Shown here: positions 23,671 to 36,091 of the stretch, in pieces
Position numbering within the stretch: the first letter of the stretch is position 1
Layout: every line of letters begins with the position of its first letter
NCBI RefSeq assembly: GCF_021028975.2
Contig: NC_059427.1
Coordinates: 115,878,001 to 115,942,000, forward strand
DNA length: 64,000 nucleotides
Direction of reading: 5' to 3'
Source: Sphaerodactylus townsendi
Taxonomy: Eukaryota
Made by a program: the position numbers and the translations under genes
The notes under the pieces: model-generated
Databases searched by the model: none
Told to the model about the DNA's origin: nothing
What the model saw: the letters and a program-made list of their open reading frames with translations, nothing else

Positions 23671-25302
23671 GTCGGGGGCCGCCCTGTGCTGGATATTGGT
23701 GAACATGAACTAGAACAGGACAAAGTCTGCAGGCAAAAGAGAAAAAAAAAACCTTGCATGCAGCGGAAGCAAAGTAGAGAGAGGACTTTGACGGGAGGGT
23801 CCTGGAAGCCAGGACAGGGCGGAGTAGGGAGGTGAAAGAGGAGTGAGCTGGCCTTGCCAGGCTATTGCTAACGGTAAAACAGAGAGAGGGGAGATTCAGG
23901 CGGTGGAAAGCTGGATGGTGGAGAAGGGTAAGATAGGGATCAGCATCTGGGAGCTCCTGTGACAAATGCAAGCTTCTGATGGCTGCTGCTTCCATTACCA
24001 GTTCAACCTACTGGCAATGAAGATGGGTTTGAAGAAGACTTTTGTGGCAAAGGAGCTTTACGGTAGGCATGGTGACTTGACCATTTGGGAAAACTAGTTG
24101 TTAAACTAAGGAGGAAATTGACTATGACAGAGGATGGGGTGGCAGAGAAGGAAAAGGATCTTTGTTCAAGTGCTAGAGCACCTCTTGCATGCAGAAGACC
24201 TCATGTTTGATTCTAGGCAGACACTTTCAGGTTACATGTGCAGACCACACCTTAATGGGACAGGGGCTTAGCTTGGGGGTAGACATCTTCTTTGCATGCA
24301 GAAGGTCGTGGGCTCAGTCTCTGCCATCTCCACTTCAAGGGCTGGATAGCAGCGGGTGAAAAAGTTGCTGCCAGTCTAAGTATAGACTAATGGTCTTCCA
24401 TCCAGAGAAGGCAAGCTCATGTGTTTGCAGAAGGTGTCAGGTCTGTGGCTCATTGTTGTGGTATGAAACACTGTAGATGATGTGTATGGCAAAGGTATAT
24501 GTGAAGATGGAAAGAAAGCTTGAGCACTTACTAGAACCGTGTTCTCTGATCATTTCATTTTTGGGAAGGTGTGTGTAAGATCATACTGTACACAGAGAGA
24601 GCACAGGGTTGATTGGTTCAAGACAGCAGTTTATTGATAAACTGCTTATAACATTTCCTAGCATTTCCAATGCATTCCAAATGCCTACATTAAACTTCAG
24701 TAGAATATTCCAAGCTGTATTTTCTGATTCTCTACCCAGATGTGTGAAGCAGAGGAATTCTAACCAATTTGCCAAATCTTTTTTGGCCTCTGAAGTAGTG
24801 TTTATTTCTAATATCTCCCATTGCTAGGGCTCTATTTTTTTTTTAATATACAGAACTGTCAGGTCTTTTTAAAGAAGAAATTGAAAACTCTCTAAACCAA
24901 TGAACACAGTCCCTTTAAGGATATGGTTTCCCCCAATGTTTCCCTTAATTAAGTTGACTTGGACCAGAAGCTGCTTGTGACTGTGTCAGTGGATTTAGTC
25001 ACTTCATTTAGTTGTATAGTACCTGTGATTAGGAAAAGAGAGAACATGGCTTTTTGACCCACTCACCCTGCCTCCTGTAACTAAGACATTTGTATAGATA
25101 GCAATTCCAGATGAGAGAAAATATGAATGTACCAATAAAAAATAATGTACCAATTACTCCACAAAATTAAATACAGTAATATGTGTGCAGTCTATACTTG
25201 CTTGATTGCATATGGGTGAAATCTATAAGCAATGAGCAGTCTGCTGGTAATTGGTAAAATAACCAGATGCAAAATTACCCCCCCCCCCCTTCTTTGTTTC
25301 AG

Positions 25303-25332
25303 ATCAATGATCCTGATCCAGGACTTTGGATA
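25303..25332 (+). CDS. TMEM220: TMEM220 exon 2
   Basis: ttcag|ATC...ATA|gtgagt; encodes INDPDPGLWI (human VNDPDAEVWV). Confidence 0.92.
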
Positions 25333-26003
25333 GTGAGTATTAACTGAAAGTATTAACTGCAATGATGATAAACTTAACATTGGTAAACATGCTAAACCTA
25401 AAGCTCTGTTACCTCCTTGAAGCTCTTTTTTTAAATGTAATACTACCAAGAGGGATGTGGAATATATAGTGTAAGTATAATCCAATCTTGTGAGATCTTG
25501 GAAGTTAAGCAGGGCCGGTACCTGGATGCGAGAATACCAAGGAAGACTTTTCTGAGGAAGGCCATGATGAACCACCTCATTTAATCATTTGCCTTGACAA
25601 CCCTTTGGGGTCACCATAACTGAGATGTGACTTGATGGCATTTTACTCACTGACGCACCCACGCACGCACACCTGAATCATCAGGCTGCATAATTCTATA
25701 TTTACTTATGATTAGTGATAAACTGGGCAATTCTGTCAACAGGATCTTTTCTCTTGATAAATAGCTTTGTGATCAGAGGGCACTTAACATGAACAAATGA
25801 AGCTCCCTTTACTGCTATTCCTTTCTGTAAGTCAGTCACCAGTTTCTTTCTTCTATCTTCTGGTGGGGTTGTCTTGCTGATACCAGCTGTTGCTGATAGC
25901 TCCTTTTCTTTATTGTTATGGCAATCTAGCTAGGCTAGTTTAGCTTCTCTTTATTCTTGCCTTGATTTTCTACAAAGTACATTTTATTGTATCTTTCTCT
26001 CAG

Positions 26004-26064
26004 GTCGCCTATGCTGTGCCTGCCACACTCACGCTGGTTGTCAGTCTTAATCCACCAACTGCAG
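26004..26064 (+). CDS. TMEM220: TMEM220 exon 3
   Basis: ctcag|GTC...GCAG|gtatac; encodes VAYAVPATLTLVVSLNPPTA. Confidence 0.92.
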
Positions 26065-27247
26065 GTATACCGGTAATACTGATACCCTAAATAAATTCCC
26101 CGATTGTAGCTTCAGTAGGGTTAGACCTCAGGGGGGTTGCATTCATTTATCCTTATTTACATTAATGTTTATTACAGCTTTATTTCTGGTTAGAAGTGAA
26201 GAAAAACAATCCCCAACAGCTAATTTCCCACAATGGAAAACTGAACCACATTGTTATTACTGTTTAATATTCAGGTGATCTGCTAGGGGATACTTCATAT
26301 TCACCTTCCAAAGGTATTACAATAATCTTCCAATAGGAGCACTTTATTCTTTTCTAGTTGCAACTCATTTTGTTCCAATTATTTTTATATTTTTCCACCT
26401 CATACTTATTATGTTCTGGCTTTTACACATTTCCACTTGGAACCTTTTAATTTTTGTTAACATCTGTTAACATCTATATATCTAATAGCGATGTGTGACC
26501 CTTCTACAGATACCTAAATCCATGGATCAGGACCACAGCGACGGTAAACAGATTATTCTGCAAATTTAGAGTTCTTCCTGGGTTTTCAGAAAAATCTAAA
26601 AACATAAAAAACTACATTGGGGGTTTTAATTCCCCCCATTCAGAAAGTAGCATAGTCTATGCCTTCAGACAGTTTTTGAACTGGTGGCGGCAGCCATCAC
26701 AGGGATCAAATTCAGATCTGGCCACAGTAGGTGTCACAGCAGGGATCCACTCCAGGCTTGGTGGCAGCAGACACCAGGAGTGGCCCTGGGCTCCGAACAG
26801 CTCTTGGCATCCTCTACCACACAGCTGAGAGCAGAGCTTAAAGTGGGCAATGGGCCCTAGAGCTACAGTGGTGGTGGTGGTGGAGTGAAATGGGATTCCA
26901 CCCTGCTTTCCCATAAGTCTTGCAGGCCTCCCACTTCACCTTTTCTAGTTGCAACTCATTTTATTCTAATTGTCTTCCTCCTCACAGTTGTAATGCTCTG
27001 ACTTTTCTATATTTTCCACTTGACATAAAAGTTTTTTAAAAGCTGGTAGATTCACAGTGGTAACTTAACATCAGTTAACAATTATTTCTGTCTGTCCTAC
27101 AATTCATGTTATTATCAAGTCTTTGGTGTAACACAACTGGAATTAAGGTGTCCTGGTAATTCTTGTTTTCCGCAGTGTAAAAGCATCCCCATGTATACTG
27201 TTGAGTTAATCTTTTTAGATATTCTTAACCTGTACACAGGCCACCAC

Positions 27248-27393
27248 CCGTGGTGGCGAACCTTTGGCACTCCAGATGTTATGGACTACAATTCCCATCA
27301 GCCCCTGCCAGCATGGCGAATTGGCCGTGCTGGCAGGGGCTGATGGGAATTGTAGTCCATAACATCTGGAGTGCCAAAGGTTCGCCACCACGG
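27248..27393. mobile_element. palindromic hAT MITE
   Basis: CCGTGGTGGCGAACC...GGTTCGCCACCACGG with the same core as the 3779 copy. It abuts a 5S-derived SINE. No TSD seen. Confidence 0.85.
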
Positions 27394-27740
27394 GTAGCCC
27401 GACCTCATCACATCTTGGAAGCTGAGCAGCATTGGCCCTGGTTACTATTTGGTTGGGAAACTATCAAAGAAATCCAGAGTTGTGATGCAAAGGCAAGCAA
27501 TGCAAACCACCTCTGAATGTATCGTGCCTTGAAAATGTCAGCTGTGACTAGACAGCAAACAAAAAGACCCTGCGTGAAGAATCTTTTTCTGCCTGATTAG
27601 ATGGTTGAGGGTTTTTTGTTCTTTATTGAGGGTTTTTTGTTCTTTATTGTTAACAGAAAGCTACCGAAGAGATCATTAAAATAATTAGTCATTTCTGCAC
27701 TTCATTGTCATTTATATCTATGTCTTACTACATTTCTTAG

Positions 27741-27864
27741 ATAACATTGTATGGAGGAGTCTATCAGATGTTCACTCAGCTGCTTGTGTTGTTGGTTCTG
27801 CCATTTTGGGGTACTCGTTGTGGTCTAATGCCCAAAAGAACATCTTGCATGAAGAAGAAGGCAG
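27741..27864 (+). CDS. TMEM220: TMEM220 exon 4
   Basis: cttag|AT...GGCAG|gtaagt; encodes DNIVWRSLSDVHSAACVVGSAILGYSLWSNAQKNILHEEEG-R, including the conserved NILHEEEGRE motif. Confidence 0.93.
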
Positions 27865-29263
27865 GTAAGTCTTCTCTGCACAAATTCCACATTATTATGA
27901 CAGATAAAAATCTCCTATCTCCAGCGGTGGTCTCTAGCATATTCTCAGTCATAAAATAATCTGTCCCACCTATTTTTAAAAACAATTACATTTCTAGCTC
28001 TTGTGAGGGCACAATAAGGACATGCCTATCAGACCATCCTGGGCACTGGAAGTCCATGGAACTCAGTAGGTCTACAAGAACATAACTCTGGTCTACAAGA
28101 ACATAACTGCCCTGTATGTTGTGTGCCATAAAGAATCAGAAGGCATAAAGAAGGCAGAGGGAAAGCATAGCTTGCATTGACCTAATAGATGGTAAATATA
28201 AGTTGTAATATCAAAAGAATACAGCAAGAGCATTGTGCTGATTTTGTAGAACTCATTCCATAGGTTTTTAGTCTTTTTATCATTAGACAGTATAATTGAT
28301 TTGTAAGTCTAACTTTTGGGGGTTTGTCTGTGATAAACAGAGAAACTGGAAAATAATAAAGGCTTTTAAAATACACAGTTGAGGGAGGATCTTCCCATCA
28401 TGGAAAGTGCTATCAAGTTGCAGCCATTTTATGGCAGCTCTGTTTTCAAGGCAAGAGGTGGACAGAGGTGGTTTGTCATTGCCTGCCTCTGTGTAGAAAT
28501 CCTTCACTTCCTTGGTGGTCTCCCACCCAAAAACTAACTCGGGCTGACTCTGCTTAAGCCTCCAAGATCTGACAACACTGGGCCATCCAAAAATGATAGG
28601 GGTTTGGCTTTCTGAGCCATTGGCAGTGTAACCCAATGCTGTTACTCCAGTGTAAGGCCATTGATTTCAATGGAGCAATTCTGCGCAGGTGTGCCCAGTT
28701 GGTTGTTTATCTGGGTATCTAAGAACACTGCCCTATGTTCATGTTGGTGGTGGATAGTTATTTGACAATTTTCAGAAATTGGTGTAATATTGTAGCTCAT
28801 AGAGTTAGTATATAATCTCCTGACCATATGACAAGTATGGAATTAAAACATTTGAAATCCACTGTGAGGTACGTATGTCAAGATTCTTTATAGCTGCTGG
28901 ATTTCTGTACTGTTTGAGGTCTAGGCTTAGATAGAAATTATAGCTTTTCAGAGTATTGGAAGAGTCATTGTTCAGAATGCATACATTCCATTTTGGTGTC
29001 CTGCCATGGTTCTTGGTCAGACTAATTTTGCAGGTTCCCATGATATTTCTAAGCTTTACCCTCAAAAAGTGAAAACATCTGCTGTCCTGCTACAGTATTT
29101 ATTAGACACACACACCAAGTAAAAATCTTCTTTTGTAGCTTAGACCTGACATTTCTATCTAGTCCAATTAAATTTGTATTTTGTTACAAATTCTGTAGCA
29201 TTGGGATGAGGGGGAAAACTGAAATTAACAAAACTGATCAAAGATCTATTATTCCCTTATCAA

Positions 29264-29765
29264 GGCCATTTCTCCACAGCGGCAGAAAATGGCTCTCCAT
29301 CGGCATAATTCATGCCGGTGGAGCTTCAGGACTGCTTACATGGTAACCTGCGAGCACATAGAGCCACCCGCAGGTCGTCCCATTTACTTATCTCTCCTCC
29401 CTGCGCAGCTCTGGACGGCTGGAGGGAAATGCCCATGCTTCTCTCCGACCTCCGGGGATCGGAGGGTAGCATAGGTGTGTCCCTCCAGCTGTCCAGAGCT
29501 GCGCAGGGAGGAGAGGTAAGTAAACGGGAAGCCGAAGAGGCCAAAAGCGTTGCACCAGTGCACTTCACACTGCGCTGGCAGGAAGACGCCACTTTTGAAA
29601 AACTTTGCTCAGGGAGCGAGCTTCAAAAGCGGCATCTTTGCGCAGCTTGGGGGGCGCAAGCACAGTGCTGCTGCAACGCAGAAGTGCCAGCTATGCGAAC
29701 AGTGCCCTAGGGACAGTGTTTTTACCGTCCCTAGGGCACTGTTTTCTGCCCATGCAGAAAAAGCC
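29264..29765. mobile_element. PIF/Harbinger-like MITE
   Basis: Degenerate TIR GGCCATTTCTCCACAGCGGCAGAAAA / TTTTCTGCCCATGCAGAAAAAGCC; TSD CAA; long internal hairpin. Confidence 0.75.
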
Positions 29766-29989
29766 CAAGATTCCCATCTCTTCCATCGAGTTCGTACATC
29801 GAGTTACTGAGCTACCCATGTTCATAAGGGCTACTTCAACAGTTGGCAAGTACTTGGTCCCTTGGCTTCAGAGAAACCATCTTATTATCTTCATAGTAAA
29901 TGGCTATATTTTTATTCATTGCTAAATATACTCACATATGGCTTGTTCTGTGAGCATGTACATGTATGACATACTCTTTTTTTAAATAG

Positions 29990-30049
29990 AGAATTATTTG
30001 GTCTGGTGATCGTTACAATCTGGATGAGTCTATGTCGTGGTTCAGCAAA
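29990..30049 (+). CDS. TMEM220: TMEM220 exon 5
   Basis: aatag|A GAA...GCA AA|gtgagt; encodes ELFGLVIVTIWMSLCRGSAK. Confidence 0.92.
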
Positions 30050-30478
30050 GTGAGTCTTTTAACTTGTTTGTTTCAACTTATTCTTTATGATACATGACAG
30101 TGATGTGCTTATTTTAGCAACATATATTGCAGACTTCTCCCTCAAGGTGACTTTGGTTTTTGATGCCCTGCTATAGATGGGTCGTCTGCTTCTGCCCGAA
30201 GGTGTGGTTTTACACTCTACAAGGCAAGGTTTGGAGTCTTCCTCCAACATAATTGACTCTTCAATATCCAAGAAAGGATATTTTCTAGAAATTCATGCTA
30301 AACCTTTCCACATACACATAAGTGCATTTCTTGATCATTTACAATGATTATGTGAATATTTCTCCAATCCGACCAAGCTAACCAAAAGAAGGTTTGAGAG
30401 ATACTGATGGCCTGCTTCTAACTATGGTTTCAATATCACATCTGATAGTGTGATGTCCTACATACTAATAGACTAGAC

Positions 30479-30602
30479 TAGTGGTGGCGAACCTTTGGCA
30501 CTCCAGATGTTATGAACTACAATTCCCATCAGCCCCTGCCAGCATGGCCAATTGGGAATTGTAGTCCATAACATCTGGAGTGCCAAAGGTTCGCAACCAC
30601 GG
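30479..30602. mobile_element. palindromic hAT MITE (internal deletion)
   Basis: Same family as 27248; 8-bp TSD GACTAGAC. Confidence 0.88.
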
Positions 30603-30771
30603 GACTAGACAGACAGAAATAACTTGAGGTTTACTGATTTCTATTCTCAATTTTGCTGTCAAGTTATTTCAGATAAGGAAAATAAATACTTAATTGCATT
30701 CTGTCCACCTCTTAGGATTTCTGTTATTTGGACTTGATTTGCAGTTACTGAGCTACCAATGCTGGAACTGA

Positions 30772-30921
<150 letters not shown>

Positions 30922-31191
30922 GGTGGAAATGAGCCAGTACAGAGTTCTGTTACCTGTGAACAATTAATCAGTGATACCAATCAGCAGACCAAAATCACTT
31001 CGGTCCCATGTGCATTAAGACACATGGGCCAGGGTTATGTTAACCACAGTGTCTTGGTACCTGTGATTGGATCAAATTTGACAGAAAGGATATGCCTGTG
31101 CGAATTGATGGAGCCCAAAGATGGTTTGAACTTCCTGTAGTTCAAGGTGATTAATAGCCTTGAAGGATAACAATGATTGTAGTGCAGTATA

Positions 31192-31197
31192 AATAAA
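31192..31197 (+). terminator. candidate TMEM220 polyadenylation signal AATAAA
   Basis: First AATAAA seen about 270 nt after the stop; usage not verified. Confidence 0.4.
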
Positions 31198-33440
31198 TGT
31201 ACTAATGACTGGACAAAAATGCCTCTGCAGAGTGCACCTGATAATATTTAACACATAATCCCCAAGGATGTGCCCCGATCTCATGCTAGCTGCAGCCTTT
31301 ATTTACAAATCATTTATGAACTTGATTATCTGGACTGGAGCAATCATGTAGGGTTGGACGTGATGCTGGGCCCATCTATCTTTTGTAAGTCAGTGGTCAC
31401 AAAAGCTGATGTGACTCAACTACATAATTGGCTAGTCAAAGTTCTTAGTGTGATAGGGCCCATGGAAATACCAGCTGCTTATTCAAAGGGTCTCCAGACA
31501 TCAAGGCTAAAAGGAAACTGTAGAAGTGCTTTTATTCAATACAAACCTTCAGTGATTTAAAAAAAATCAGCAATATTATCAGAGCAATTATTCATATCTC
31601 TTAAAGTGCAACGCATTCTGTTTAGATATCTTGCCAAACAGCATGAACCAGTGGAGTTGGGAGGAGGAGGCAATTTCACCCAAGTACCCTCCTCACTACA
31701 GCCCCTTATGCTGTGGTGCATTTGAGGTCCCCTGATCCTCAGAGATGATTTTCAGGACAAACAGCAGGCTGATTTCTTCTTTTTCCAAAAGATTTTTACA
31801 GGATGTAGAGCAATGTGTTTTCTCTAACCAAAATACACATTGATATGTTATTGGCCTTCATCCCAAATCAGGGAGCCTACCTTTTAAAAAAAATCCACAC
31901 AGTCTCTTCAAATGCTGTGTGTCAATCTACAATGTGAGGCACAGCATTATGGTTACTAGCGGCCGCTACCAGACTTGAACCCATACTGCATATAGAAATA
32001 ACTAGAGGAGGTTTTACACTTTCTGCAAATGTTCAGGTTATCAGCTAACTTAATTCTCATTTTCAGATGGTAAACTTTTTAAAATCTCTTGTTCTTCCCA
32101 GTTGGAAGTTACTTTTCAACACCACAGGGTATTTTTCATAGGGTTTTTCACAGGATGCCTGTTCTCAAAGGGCTTGGACAGATCTTTCGCAGAGATCTCT
32201 CTCCTAGCCCTTAAGAGACTAAAACCACCAGTTGTACTAAACTCTGAAGTCAGGAATTAACAGATTTTTTTACCTTAGATGTCAGGTCAATTATTCTTTA
32301 CTAGAAATTCTACGGTAAAAATCATCTTAAATCCTTAATATATATTAAAATACTTATACCCAATCTTTTCCACAGCGTCGGGGTTTCTAAGCAGCTAATC
32401 AATGCAGCAGCCACTCACAACCCATCATAAAAATATTATATAGAACCCTTCTTTTTCCAAGTCCTTCAGAAAAGCTGACCAGCAGCACAAACATAAACAA
32501 TTTGATTCTCCAACAGAAGGCACTCTGAAACAATAAAATCTTCATATAGCATCTAAAGGACAGCAACGAAGGAGTCAGTCAGACCTCCCGAGGCAGGGAG
32601 TTCCATAGGCTTTGTGCAACAGTCAAGAAAGCCCTACCCATGTATCTACCTCCATGATTCATTTCATATACTGTACACTTTGTTATGCCGCTAGGCTCCA
32701 AGAAGAATTAATTTGGTCTAACGAGACTGGTACCAACCAACATTGAACCCTTTAGTCTCTCTCAGCCTAACCTGCCTTGCAGGGCTGCTATGAGGATAAC
32801 ATGGATGTGGGGAGGAGAAAGTATAACAAGCTTCAAAGTGGGATAAAAGATGAAACTGATAATACACAAACAGGTGGATAATGTTAGGAGTAAGCATAAC
32901 AAACCATTGCAGCCTTAAACTGTGGCTGTTAGTACATTTAATTGGAAATAGACTCCACTGAGAGGGTTTTTAATACGTACATAACCTGTAGTAGGCACAC
33001 GGTATCTGTTTTGTATTGTGTTTTTTTAGCAGTAGTGAAGCCTCTGACACAGGCTACACTGAAATGACCATTCTAAACTGCCAAGAATCGATATTACAGA
33101 ATGCCAGGCAAACAGATGGGAGACTGAAACAAGGTGGAACTCTGCAGAAACCTCTCTTAGAGCTTCTGCTAAGTTCTAGAAAATCTTACAAAAGGAGGTT
33201 GGCTGAAGGAACTGGGGACAAATACTGTGGCCTGAAAAATGAACCTGAAGAAATCACAAGTGGTTATGAGAAGTGAACAATGAAGCAGCCAAGGAGAGAG
33301 GACTGGTGCAAAACTTCACATGAGACAGCAGAGGCTATGCACAAGTGGCAGAAAATAATGAGACAAGGCTGGGGATAGGACGCCAAGGACATTGCTAGGT
33401 CTATCGCAAAGACCCTTCTTTCACTGCTGTTCTTTTAATG

Positions 33441-33578
33441 CAGGGGTCTTCAAACTACGGCCCTCCAGATGTTCACAGACTACAATTCCCATGAGCCCTA
33501 CCACTTGGCCATGCTGGCAGGGGCTGATGGGAACTGTAGTCCATAAACATCTGGAGGGCCATAGTTTGAAGACCCCTG
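33441..33578. mobile_element. palindromic hAT MITE
   Basis: TIR CAGGGGTCTTCAAACT; 8-bp TSD TTTTAATG; shared core. Confidence 0.9.
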
Positions 33579-33842
33579 TTTTAATGGTTGCATGACAGGG
33601 ACATATTGTCAGCTGAGTCTTCTACTATCACTGCTGCCCTGTGACCTAAGGGGGCAACAAGTTCTTTGGCAATTGCACTCATTTCTTGGCTATAAGCTTT
33701 TGGTAAAGTGTAATGCATTGGCAGTGCAATCAGTAAAAATTCCATAGATTATGTTTTAGGCACAACAGTAAAATACACTTACCACACTAGGATAGATATT
33801 CCTATTTAAATTTGTAAAGCAAAGATCTGCAATTCAAGCACT

Positions 33843-33848
33843 TTTATT
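33843..33848 (-). terminator. candidate ADPRM polyadenylation signal
   Basis: TTTATT on plus (AATAAA on minus) about 145 nt after the stop. Confidence 0.45.
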
Positions 33849-33990
33849 TCATGTTTGCATGTGAAGATGGAATTATTTTCTACTCCTTACTTCACTGAGT
33901 AGTCCACTATTTAGTTCGCATGCCATTCCAGTAGTCACCACCTGTGTTCAACACACTTTCCAAGGGTATATTGGAATGAGCGTCAAATAA

Positions 33991-34334
33991 TTACTCTGCC
34001 ACAGTGATTTCAACTGTATCATTACAGGACGCTGCACTGTGATCTTTTCGATAATGCATCACCAGATCTGGAACTCTGCCTCGTCCTTTTAATACCATCC
34101 TGTCATCATAGACAAACACAGTTCCAAAAGCATTACTGTCAGGAGGAGTTTCAATGATTCCTTCAAGAGTAATATGATGGACTCCATGAGAGTCTAAACA
34201 GTAACCACCCACATGAAGGTGACCTGCAAGGTAACAGACTACGGAGGGATGTGAGTGGATGACAGCAAGGGCCTCCTCATAGTTCCAAGCAAGGCAGACA
34301 TTGTTTGAAGAATGTGGGTGGATAGGTATGTGCC
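33991..34334 (-). CDS. ADPRM: ADPRM last coding exon
   Basis: ttgcag|GG CAC ATA CCT...; encodes GHIPIHP...LAWNY...AGHLHVGGY...[17 protein letters not shown]...KGRGRVPD...*. Total CDS 1092 nt (363 aa). Confidence 0.95.
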
Positions 34335-34538
34335 CTGCAACAGAAGAAAACAGGCACTCAAAACAGATTAAATTTCACAGCTCTTTTACACTTTCATAAA
34401 TTCTGCACTTGCACAATGTTTTGCTCAATTTAACAGTTTCTGCAGTTAACCTCTACAAAAATCAACTGTACCTTAATATATAGTATTCTTTGCAAATTTA
34501 AGAATTAAGTAGGCATTTGAAGCTGGTTTAGCCTTGCA

Positions 34539-34830
34539 GGAGCCCTGTGGCAGAAGGGCAGGCTGCAATGCTGCAGTCAAAGCACTGTTCATGACCTGAG
34601 TTCAACCCAAATGGAAGTTGGTTTCTGGGAGCCAACTCAAGGTTGACTCAGTCTTCCATCCTTCCAAGGTCGACAAATACAGCAGCCAGCTGGCTAGGGG
34701 TAAAGGGCAGATGACTGGGAAAGGGAGTAGCTAACCACCCTATAAACAAAGTCTGCCTAGTAAACATTGTGATGTGACACAATGTCATTCCATGGGTCAG
34801 TAATGACCCAGTACTTGCACCTTTACTTTT
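34539..34830 (+). mobile_element. Sauria SINE (Squam1-like)
   Basis: Core GGTTGACTCAGTCTTCCATCCTTCCAAGGTCG; tail ACCTTTACTTT. Confidence 0.8.
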
Positions 34831-35160
34831 TTTAGCCTTGCAAAATTAAGAGCACAGAATGCAAGCTGAAGGGTCCCAATTCAAATGTCACATCAACCTG
34901 ACTGGGTGACATTAGGAAAGCTTCTAATTCTCAGCTCCAGCCTTCAATGTGGGGTAAATACTATTAGGACATTTTACAGGATTGTTATGAAGATACTGAA
35001 ATAACATGTGAAGCAACACAAACACACTCTATACAGAAGAAATCTTAGGTATTGTTCTGCCTCTAAACATTCAGGTATTTGTCAGCTGAGGCTCCAGAGT
35101 GTGAGGCAGAGATTTCCCTGTCCTGGTTCCAGCTTCTCTCAATCTAATTACCCACTAAGG

Positions 35161-35328
35161 CAGTGGTTCTCAACCTGGGGGTCGAATGACCCTTTCACAG
35201 GGGTCGCCTAAGACTCTCTGCATCAGTGTTCTCCATCTGTAAAATGGATAAATGTTAGAGTTGGGGGTCACCACAACATGAGGAACTGTATTAAAGGGTC
35301 ACGGCATTAGGAAGGTTGAGAACCACTG
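35161..35328 (+). mobile_element. SPIN (Space Invader / URR1-type) non-autonomous hAT MITE
   Basis: TIR CAGTGGTTCTCAACCT. Diagnostic segments GACCCTTTCACAGGGGTCGCCTAAGAC and GGGGGTCACCACAACATGAGGAACTGTATTAAAGGGTC (recalled SPIN consensus). TSD CACTAAGG. Confidence 0.88.
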
Positions 35329-35926
35329 CACTAAGGCATTTTGTTCTAAGAATCTGGGGTCTCCACAAGCAAACATGCAAGAACCTACTTACCCTGCCTT
35401 TGAGGCACGTTCTTTCTCTTCAAAAAGAATGTTTCAATTTTATTGACAGTTGAACCTGGTCACGCATGAATTTCAATTTACGTTTGATTTCAGTCCAGTA
35501 GCACCTTATAAACCATCAAGATTTTTTGGTTATAAGTTTTTGAACCTTACAACCCAGAAATCTTATTGGCTGTAAGATGCAACTGGACTTGAATTTCACT
35601 GTTCACTGCAGACCAACATGGCTACTATCTGGAATGATCTTCAACGTACACTGCAACTAGTTGTGTACTCACTAACTTTTTGATTGCTCAGAAAGATCCA
35701 TTTATCATTTGTATGTCATATTCTTTTCCTTAAACTATCCTGAAAATGGATCCAGCACACATGCTGGCATCCTCAGCTGTGCAACTTCACAGATTATGTA
35801 AATCAGACCTGTGAAGCAGAATTCCTATAACTGCAAAAGGACCATGTCATTAGGCAAGTAGAGATATTCCACTTCCTCCTAAACATCAAGTATTCAAAGG
35901 TTCAAAAAGCAACAATAAAAACTTAC

Positions 35927-36043
35927 CTGCTATCACAACTCTTTCTTGATGTTTGTCAGCATATGCAAGAACTTCATTGACCCAATCCAGTTGGTCTTGG
36001 CTGAACCCTCCATTGAACTGTACAAATTGATAATCTGTAAGGC
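35927..36043 (-). CDS. ADPRM: ADPRM second coding exon
   Basis: cttacag|GC...GCAG|gtaagt, 117 nt; encodes [39 protein letters not shown]. Confidence 0.95.
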
Positions 36044-36091
36044 CTGTAAGGAAAGAAAACCAATCAAAAACCTAATCAAATAATATGCTTA

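Noticed and set aside
23149-23835. 228-aa ORF as a single-exon gene
   Set aside because: Only 23518/23536-23670 matches TMEM220. The upstream part lies in a decayed repeat and promoter, and the downstream part is intron read-through.
27394-27480. Functional 5S rRNA gene (also at 25480, 28500, 56790)
   Set aside because: Heavily diverged, lacks the 5S ends, and is fused to a SINE tail.
29289-29925. Overlapping ORFs with mirrored peptides on both strands
   Set aside because: Artefact of the internal inverted repeat of a MITE.
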